DNA of 64,000 nucleotides from an uncultured delta proteobacterium (GTDB lineage: Bacteria; Desulfobacterota; Desulfobacteria; Desulfobacterales; SpSt-501): positions 204,577 through 268,576 of the forward strand of contig CAWAUC010000013.1 in assembly GCA_963785045.1 (NCBI GenBank), read 5' to 3'. The position numbers and the translations under genes are program-made. Under the pieces are notes generated by a model. The model had not been told where the DNA came from. It saw nothing but the letters and a program-made list of their open reading frames with translations, and searched no databases. Positions 57,262 to 64,000 of the stretch are shown here, piece by piece (positions within the stretch are counted from its first letter, which is position 1; each line of letters begins with the position of its first letter).

Positions 57262-58547
57262 CGCCGATCTCCTTGGTTTAGCTTGTCGAAGACGACGCTT
57301 CCCCCCTTGATCACTTTCTCCACCGTGCTCACGCCGATGTGGTAGGGGATGAAGCGGTAGGATGGGTTTTCCAGAATGATCACGTCCCCCTGTTTACCGG
57401 GATCTAAACTGCCGGCGACCTGCGCTCGCCCCAGGGCTGCTGCGCCGTTCAGGGTGAGCGCGGTCACGATCTCCTCCGGCGAGAGGTTCATGTAGAGCGC
57501 TGCGAGCGCTGCCGCCAGCGGGATGGACTCCGAAAAACAGCTGCCTGGGTTGAAATCCGTGGCGAGCGCGACCGCGCAGCCGGCATCGATCATGAAGCGT
57601 CCCCGGGCATAAGGCTCCCGCAGGCTGAAGGCCGTGGCCGGCAACAGGGTGGCCACTACCCCCGCCGCCGCCATGGCGCGCAGGCCCTCGTCGGAGGCGT
57701 TCAGCAGATGATCGGCCGACGCCGCACCGATCTCGGCGGCCAGCTCCGCACCCCCCAAGCAGACGATCTCGTCGGCGTGCAGCTTCGACTTCAACCCCGC
57801 TTGGGCGGCATGGGTCAACAGGCGCCGGGACTGTGCGACGGAGAACACGTTCTGCTCGCAGAAAACGTCGCAGAACTCGGCCAGGTGGCGGGAGACGACC
57901 TCCGGCACCACCTCTTTCAGCAGGAAATCGATGTAGGCCTCTTCGCGGCCCTTGTGCTCGGGCAGGACCGCATGCGCCCCCATGAAGGTGGGCACGACCT
58001 CCAGCGGGTGCCGGCGGTTCAGATCGGCCATGACCTCCAGCTGCTTGATCTCGGTTTCCAGGTCCAGGCCGTAGCCGCTTTTGCCCTCGACGGTCGTGAC
58101 CCCGAAGGCCAGCATGGAGTCGAGCCGCTTCAGCCCGGCTTCGGTCAGCTCCTCGCGCGAGGCGCTGCGCGTGGCGGCGACCGTGCTGAGAATGCCCCCG
58201 CCGGCCTGCAGGATGTCCATGTAGCTGTCGCCCTTCAACCGCCGGGCATATTCCTCGGCCCGGTAGCCGCCGAAGACGAGGTGGGTGTGGGAGTCGACGA
58301 ACCCCGGCAGTACGGCTTTGCCGGAAGCATCGAGCACGTCGAAGCCGGAAAGCTCTTTGCCGGATGTTTCCATCTCAGCCATCACGTCGGTGGTACTCCC
58401 CACCCGCGCGATCTTTCCCTGCTCGATGACCACGGCGCCGTCGGCGATGATGCCCAGCTCGGACATCTCTTTGCCCTGCTTGGCGCTGAAGCCGCTGCAG
58501 GTCACCACCTCAGAGGCGTTTTTAATGATGAGGTTGCCGTTATTCAT
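57255..58547 (-). CDS. hutI: Imidazolonepropionase
   Basis: PGFVDSHTHLVF, GGGILSTV, EGKSGYGL, HADE, SADHL, ATDFNPG. Confidence 0.96.
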   Translation of the reverse strand: MNNGNLIIKNASEVVTCSGFSAKQGKEMSELGIIADGAVVIEQGKIARVGSTTDVMAEMETSGKELSGFDVLDASGKAVLPGFVDSHTHLVFGGYRAEEYARRLKGDSYMDILQAGGGILSTVAATRSASREELTEAGLKRLDSMLAFGVTTVEGKSGYGLDLETEIKQLEVMADLNRRHPLEVVPTFMGAHAVLPEHKGREEAYIDFLLKEVVPEVVSRHLAEFCDVFCEQNVFSVAQSRRLLTHAAQAGLKSKLHADEIVCLGGAELAAEIGAASADHLLNASDEGLRAMAAAGVVATLLPATAFSLREPYARGRFMIDAGCAVALATDFNPGSCFSESIPLAAALAALYMNLSPEEIVTALTLNGAAALGRAQVAGSLDPGKQGDVIILENPSYRFIPYHIGVSTVEKVIKGGSVVFDKLNQGDRRC

Positions 58548-59445
58548 AGATTCTGGATTCGAGCACCTGCTCGGTCTTGAAGTTCTCGATCTGGAGGTAA
58601 TAGACGGCCGTGTCGATCAGAGCACCCATGGGCACCAGGCCGATGATTTCGCTGCCCAGCACCGGCACGCCCCAGCGTTTGGCCTCGATCCGGATCAGCT
58701 CGAAGACCCGGTAGAGGGCGGTCCTGGTGTAATCGGTCATGTTGATGGACACCTGCACGATGCCGCGGTCCTTGAGCTCGATCCCGATGGCTTTGCAGTA
58801 GCGCAGGCCTCCGCTGAGATGCCGGATCTTCCGGGCGATGTCGTTGGCGATCGCCAGATCGGCGGTGCCGAGGTTGACGTTGTAGGCCACCAACGGCATG
58901 CGGGCGCCCATGGCACTCACACCGGCGGATGGGTGGATTCCGACCGGCCCGAAATCGGGCTTCCACGCAGGCTGCTGGATCTTCTCCGGCATGCCCTCGA
59001 ACTGTCCCTTGCGGATCTCGGCGAGGTTGCGGCGATGGGCGGCCGTGGCGGATTCTTCGTAAAGGAAAACCGGCAGGTTGTATGTCCGGGCCGCGGCCTG
59101 TGCCACCTGGCGCGACAACTCGATGGCTTCCTTCATGGTGACATTCCTCACCGGGATGAACGGCACCACATCCACGGCCCCCATGCGCGGGTGCTGGCCT
59201 TTGTGGCCGCGCATGTCGATCACCGCGATCGCCGCTCCTATGGCTTCAAGCACGGCGGCCTTGAGCGCTTCGGGTTCGCCCACCACCGTGACGACGCAAC
59301 GGTTGTGGTCCTCATCCCGCTGGTAGTCGAGCAGCTTGACGCCTTCCCGGCCCCGGAAGGGTTGGACGATTTTTTCGATCTTCTCCAGGCTGCGCCCCTC
59401 GCTGAAATTAGGGACGCACTCGACGATTCTGGTCATCCCGGACAT
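58540..59445 (-). CDS. ftcD: Glutamate formiminotransferase
   Basis: IVECVPNFSEGR, DHNR, HKGQHPRMGAVDVVPF, GAR..LVAYNVNL, QVSIN. Confidence 0.95.
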   Translation of the reverse strand: MSGMTRIVECVPNFSEGRSLEKIEKIVQPFRGREGVKLLDYQRDEDHNRCVVTVVGEPEALKAAVLEAIGAAIAVIDMRGHKGQHPRMGAVDVVPFIPVRNVTMKEAIELSRQVAQAAARTYNLPVFLYEESATAAHRRNLAEIRKGQFEGMPEKIQQPAWKPDFGPVGIHPSAGVSAMGARMPLVAYNVNLGTADLAIANDIARKIRHLSGGLRYCKAIGIELKDRGIVQVSINMTDYTRTALYRVFELIRIEAKRWGVPVLGSEIIGLVPMGALIDTAVYYLQIENFKTEQVLESRIYE

Positions 59446-59455
59446 AGTACTCTCC

Positions 59456-61504
59456 CTATTTCTTTTTCGATTCGGCGAAACGATCCGCCACCAGTTTCTT
59501 GACCATCCCCTCATCGGCCTGGTACGGCAGCGTGATGTGGTCCGAGCCGGCGTGCTGCTCGTTGTAGTGGATGCAGGTTTCGATGGCGGCCTCGTTGCGG
59601 GCCCATGCGCGGCGCGCTACCCCGCCCATCACGTCCCAGGGGATGGCGCGGCGGATGATTGCGTCGATCCGCTCGCTTCCGTCCAGCACCAGCCCGAAGC
59701 CGCCGTTGATGGCCTTGCCGATGCCCACCCCGCCGCCGTTGTGCAGCGCCACCAGGCTCATGCCGCGGGCGGCGTTGCCGGCAAAGCAGTGGGTCGCCAT
59801 GTCGGCCATGATGTTGCTGCCGTCGCGGATGTTGGCCGTCTCCCGGAAAGGCGAGTCCGTGCCGCCGGTGTCGTGGTGGTCGCGGCCGAGCATGACCGGC
59901 CCGATCTCTTTGGTTCGCACCATCGCGTTGAACTTCAGGGCGATCTGCATTCGTCCCAACGCATCCTGATAAAGGATGCGGGCCTTGGTGCCGACCACGA
60001 GCTTGTTTTTTGCGGCGTCCCGAATCCAATTGTAGTTGTCGCGGTCCTGGAAGCGGCGCTCGGGGTCGATGCACGCCATGGCGGCGAGATCGGTCTTGGC
60101 GAGATCCTCGTCCCGGCCGCTCAGGCACACCCAGCGAAACGGGCCATAGCCGTAGTCGAAGAGCAGCGGCCCCATGATGTCTTCCACGTAGGACTGGAAG
60201 TTGAACCCGTCCAGCGGGTTCTCGCCGTTTTTGCAGATCTCCTTGATGCCGGCGTCATAGACCGCCTTGAGAAAGCTGTTGCCGTAGTCGAAAAAGTAGG
60301 TGCCGCGCTCGGAGAGGGTCTTGATGAGCGTGTAGTGGTGACGCAGGGTCGCGTCCACCATCTCCTTGAACCCGGCCTGGCCGCTGCGCAACAGCTCGGT
60401 GCGCTCCGCGAAGCTGATGCCCTGGGGACAGTAGCCGCCTTCGTAGACGGCGTGGCAGGAGGTCTGGTCGGAGAGCAGGTCGATCTTTATGTCTTGGAGA
60501 ACGGCGTATTCCAAGAGGTCGACTACATTTCCGTAGAAGGCGATGGCCCGGCTCCGGTGTTGGCGCTGATAGTCGCGCGCGGCGGCGAAGGCCTCGGCGG
60601 GACTGTCCGTCACCTGGTCGATCCAGCCCTGGTCGAGCCGGGTCTGGATGCGGGATTGATCCACCTCGGCGATGATGCCGACCCCGTTGGCGATGACGAC
60701 GGCCTTGCCCTGGGCGCCGCTCATGCCGCCCAGCCCCGAGGTCACGAACAGCCGGCCGGCCAGGTCCTGGTCGGCCGGGATGCCGAGCTTGGCGCGGCCG
60801 GCGTTCAGCAGGGTGCTGTAGGTGCCGTGCACGATGCCCTGGGGGCCGATGTACATCCAGCCGCCGGCGGTCATCTGCCCGTAGTTGGCCACCCCCAGCG
60901 CCATGGCGCGGTGCCAGTTCTCCGGGTCGTCGAAGCAGCCCACCATCAGCGCGTTGGTGATGATGACGCGCGGCGCCTCGGGGGACGAGGCAAAGAGCCC
61001 CAACGGGTGGCCCGAGGCCATGACGAGCGTCTGCTCCCGGGTGAGCACCTCGAGATAGCGCTTGATCAGCCGGTACTGCATCCAGTTCTGGCAGACCTGG
61101 CCGGTCTCCCCGTAGGTCACAAGTTCATAGGGGTAGAGGGCCACGTCGAAGTCGAGGTTGTTGTCGATCATCACCTGGCAGGCCCGGCCTTCGATGCAGG
61201 TCCCGGCATAGTCGTCGATCGGGCGCCCGCAGAGCCGCCCCGGCGGCCGGAAACGGTAGCCGTAGATCCTGCCGCGCGTCGTCAGCTCTTCCATGAACTC
61301 CGGCGCAAGCCGCGCGTGCCACTTTTCCGGGATATAGCGCAGGGCATTCTTCAGGGCGAGCTCGGTATCCTTCCGGGACAGGTTGAAGTGCCGCGACGGG
61401 GCGCGCCGGATGCCCGGGACGAAATCCGGCATGGGCGGCAGCTCGTCGAACAGCGCCCCGAGATGGATTTCCATGGCCTTGGCGATGTCGGTATTGGCGA
61501 TCAT
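59456..61504 (-). CDS. hutU: Urocanate hydratase (long form)
   Basis: NNLD..VA, YGQMTAGGWMYIGPQGIVHGT, SGLGGMSGAQ, SDQTSCH, GPFRW, RDHHD, HNGGGVGIG. Confidence 0.97.
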   Translation of the reverse strand: MIANTDIAKAMEIHLGALFDELPPMPDFVPGIRRAPSRHFNLSRKDTELALKNALRYIPEKWHARLAPEFMEELTTRGRIYGYRFRPPGRLCGRPIDDYAGTCIEGRACQVMIDNNLDFDVALYPYELVTYGETGQVCQNWMQYRLIKRYLEVLTREQTLVMASGHPLGLFASSPEAPRVIITNALMVGCFDDPENWHRAMALGVANYGQMTAGGWMYIGPQGIVHGTYSTLLNAGRAKLGIPADQDLAGRLFVTSGLGGMSGAQGKAVVIANGVGIIAEVDQSRIQTRLDQGWIDQVTDSPAEAFAAARDYQRQHRSRAIAFYGNVVDLLEYAVLQDIKIDLLSDQTSCHAVYEGGYCPQGISFAERTELLRSGQAGFKEMVDATLRHHYTLIKTLSERGTYFFDYGNSFLKAVYDAGIKEICKNGENPLDGFNFQSYVEDIMGPLLFDYGYGPFRWVCLSGRDEDLAKTDLAAMACIDPERRFQDRDNYNWIRDAAKNKLVVGTKARILYQDALGRMQIALKFNAMVRTKEIGPVMLGRDHHDTGGTDSPFRETANIRDGSNIMADMATHCFAGNAARGMSLVALHNGGGVGIGKAINGGFGLVLDGSERIDAIIRRAIPWDVMGGVARRAWARNEAAIETCIHYNEQHAGSDHITLPYQADEGMVKKLVADRFAESKKK

Positions 61505-61539
61505 GATGCCTTTCCTTATACGATAAGCGAAAAACTCAG

Positions 61540-62060
61540 GCACCTGTTACCGGGACTGTGAAATCAATGCTTATGACTTAGGATTCCGGCGATACCGGCG
61601 TGGCTTTTTGGAGATAAAGCTTTTTTAAGGAGCTTACGAATAGCTAAACCTAATCCGACAGCCTTCAGCGGGGTGATCTCAGTGCTGTTTTCTACCGTGA
61701 TCACCTACCATGTAGATGCCATAGCGAACATTTTGTGCTCTCAAATATTGGCCTGACGAAGTTGGTTTTCCAGGCGTTTGAAGAAATCATCGGGCTGTCC
61801 ATTGATTGTTTATCCGCCCATTTGATTTCGACGGGGACAGGTGAAATACCGGGATATTCAAAATGCAGATCCGGTCTCTGGGCTCGGTCTATTTCCACTT
61901 CCTGCGGTATTATATAACGCTTTCTAGATCGGTCGGTCAATTTTCGTTGTAACCAGCGCCTCAAAGCAGATTCATCCCAATCTATATGCACTTCATCACG
62001 CAAACTATTTTCTGAACGCTCTACCTCATATTTAATATCAACAGCGATTTTCGCGCGATT
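61540..62060 (-). pseudogene. Low-GC 3' remnant of a large protein ending in a PD-(D/E)XK-like domain
   Basis: DIKYEVE..E.ALRRWL...QEVEIDRAQRPDL...PVEIKWA / RLENQL..QYLR..RYGIYMV / VISIDF across several frameshifts; ends approximate. Confidence 0.6.
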
Positions 62061-62373
62061 CGATTTTGACCGTCACAGTGGCCAGTAAATCTCCCGAAAA
62101 ACTAAAAATGATATGATTTCAATAGGTTCACAACCCGCCGTATCCGTAGACCTTATATCAAATGACGTTTATATTCCAACTATCCGGCTGTTTAAATCCC
62201 TTCTGCAAGATTCAATCGCCAGCGGTAGCCTGGCGCTGATTCCCGTTGGAGCTCATATAATATGGGCTCTACAAGGTTTTCAATACTGCGCCAACCTTTT
62301 TGCCCACGCGCCTCGCTGGCATTTTAATAATTTAGATATTGACATCATAACCGCCAAAGCGTATAAGCTCGAT

Positions 62374-64000
62374 ATGCGCGATGAGAGCTTCTTCCTCCGG
62401 CCCGTCCACGAATGGCAGCGCCGCTATGAGGCCCTGCGAGCCTCCTTTGTCGAACGGCTGCCCGCCCGTATCATCGCCGAGCGTTTCGGCTACTCCCTAT
62501 CCTATGTGCACCTGCTCCGGCACCTGTTCACCTACCAGAAGATCGACTTCTCCGAACCCGTCCCCGAGGGCAAGGCCAACCGCCGCCGACTCGACTCCGC
62601 GCTCAAGGCCAAAATCTGCAACTGGCGTGAGCAGCGGCTGTCGGCCGGAGAGATCACTGCCCTCTTGTCCGAAGAAGGGGTTGAAATCTCGGTGCGCACC
62701 ATCGAGCGGGTGCTGGCCGAAGAGGGCTTCCCCAGACTGCCCCGAAGAAGCCGCCTGAAGCTCGGGCTGACGGTTAAGGGTGCTCAGGTGCCGGCCGTGG
62801 CAGAGAAGCTTGAGCTTGCCGAGATGCCCAAGAGTTCCTGGGAGTCGGAGGCCGCCGGCGTGTTGTTGTTTGCCCCCTTCATCGACCAGCTCAACCTGCC
62901 CAAGGTCGTGGAGGAGGCCGGCTTGCCCGGCACAAAAACGATCCCCGCCCTGAGCTATTTTTTATCCTTTCTCGCCCTCAAGCTGATCGGCACCGAGCGC
63001 TACGCGCATCTCACCGAGCATGCCTTCGATCCGGGCCTGGGTCTTTTTGCCGGTCTCAATGTGTTGCCCAAGTGCACGGCGATGTCCACCTACTCCTACC
63101 GCCTGGATGCGGTCCACCTGTTGCGTCTGCAGCAGAGCTTCGTCAAACAGGCCGCCCGGCTGCGGCTCTATGAGGCGGATCTGATCAATCTGGACTTCCA
63201 CACCATCCCCCACTACGGGGAGCAATCGGTTCTGGAGAACCACTGGGCCGGCTCCCGCAACAAGGCCATGAAGGGGGCGCTGGCCTTGTTTGCCCAGGAT
63301 GCCGCCTCCAAGCTCATCCTTTACACTGCAGCCGACATCCAACGCGACGAGGCCAGCGAGCAGGTCCTGGCTTTTCTCTCCTTCTGGAGAAAGCAGCAGC
63401 GGGGGCTTAAACCCACCTTCGTCTTCGACTCCAAGTTCACCAGCTATGCCAATCTCTCGGAGCTAAACCGCGCCGGGGTTCACTTCATCACTCTGCGGCG
63501 CCGGGGAAAATCCATGGTCGAGTGCCTGGAGGCGCTCTCCCCTTGGCAGCGTATCCATATCCCCCACGGCAAGCGAAAGTACCCCAACCCGATCGTCCAT
63601 GAATCGACCATCACGCTGCCCGATTACCAGGGGGAGCTGCGGCAGGTAATCATCCGCGGCAATGGGCGTGAAAAGCCTGCCTTTCTCATCTCCAATGACT
63701 TCGCCACCCCCACCGAGCTGCTCGTGGGCAACTATGCCCGTCGCTGGCGGGTGGAGAATGTGATCGCCGAGGCCGTCAAGTTCTTCAACCTCAATGCGCT
63801 ATCCTCCCCCATCCTGGTGAAGGTGCACTTTGACGTGGTCATGACCATGATCGCCGATACGCTCTACAGCCTTTTGGCCAGGAAGCTACGGGGATTTGAA
63901 GCCTGTGACGCCGCCAAGATCTATCGGCTCTTCGTCAAGGGCAAGGCCCGGGTCAGCTTTCGCCGCCAGAAGCTTACCGTCACTTTCCCGCGCAGGGCCC
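62374..64000 (+). mobile_element. IS transposase (DDE, IS4-superfamily-like) with N-terminal HTH; open to the window edge
   Basis: Uninterrupted frame from ATG 62374 (absent from the ORF track because it has no stop): NLDFHTIP, VFDSK, FITLR, YARRWRVEN; TTGACA at 62339 upstream. Confidence 0.88.

Overview
GC-rich (~63%, estimated by eye) chromosomal DNA whose gene content points to an anaerobic deltaproteobacterium (Desulfobacterales/Desulfobacterota-like; inference). From left to right: a chemotaxis/two-component cluster whose cheW, two MCPs and hybrid kinase are heavily frameshifted (probably consensus errors); DUF362, YkgJ, GT9, glgP and an RlmI-like methyltransferase; a stand-alone MgtE cytosolic domain plus an NRAMP-related transporter; a sigma28-driven FHA/TPR + beta-helix lipoprotein pair; a pdaD-speB-DHS-like polyamine operon; an AAA/DUF4143 ATPase; a relic attC gene cassette; a lexA-DUF72-imuB-like-dnaE2-like mutagenesis operon; transglutaminase/ABC genes, csp, recN, rdgB, ampG; rrf2-cydAB; a LIV-type ABC transporter co-operonic with hutU-ftcD-hutI-cyclodeaminase; a decayed low-GC nuclease-like gene; and an intact DDE transposase running off the right edge. 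The most unusual signal is non-coding: several families of palindromic elements sit in the intergenic gaps. (i) A ~300-350 bp long-hairpin element (28271-28561, 45687-46037, partial at 20807-20906) has a conserved ~150-bp core, while its arms have diverged between copies but stayed self-complementary. (ii) Inverted repeats with a ~9-bp period either bracket a GxxExxY PD-(D/E)XK gene remnant (33003-33415) or occur empty (34622-34804, 47847-47990, 12283-12357); two of them share a co-varying TGAGAGG-loop hairpin. This looks like an autonomous/non-autonomous element system that I cannot assign to a described family. No tRNA, rRNA or CRISPR array was seen.
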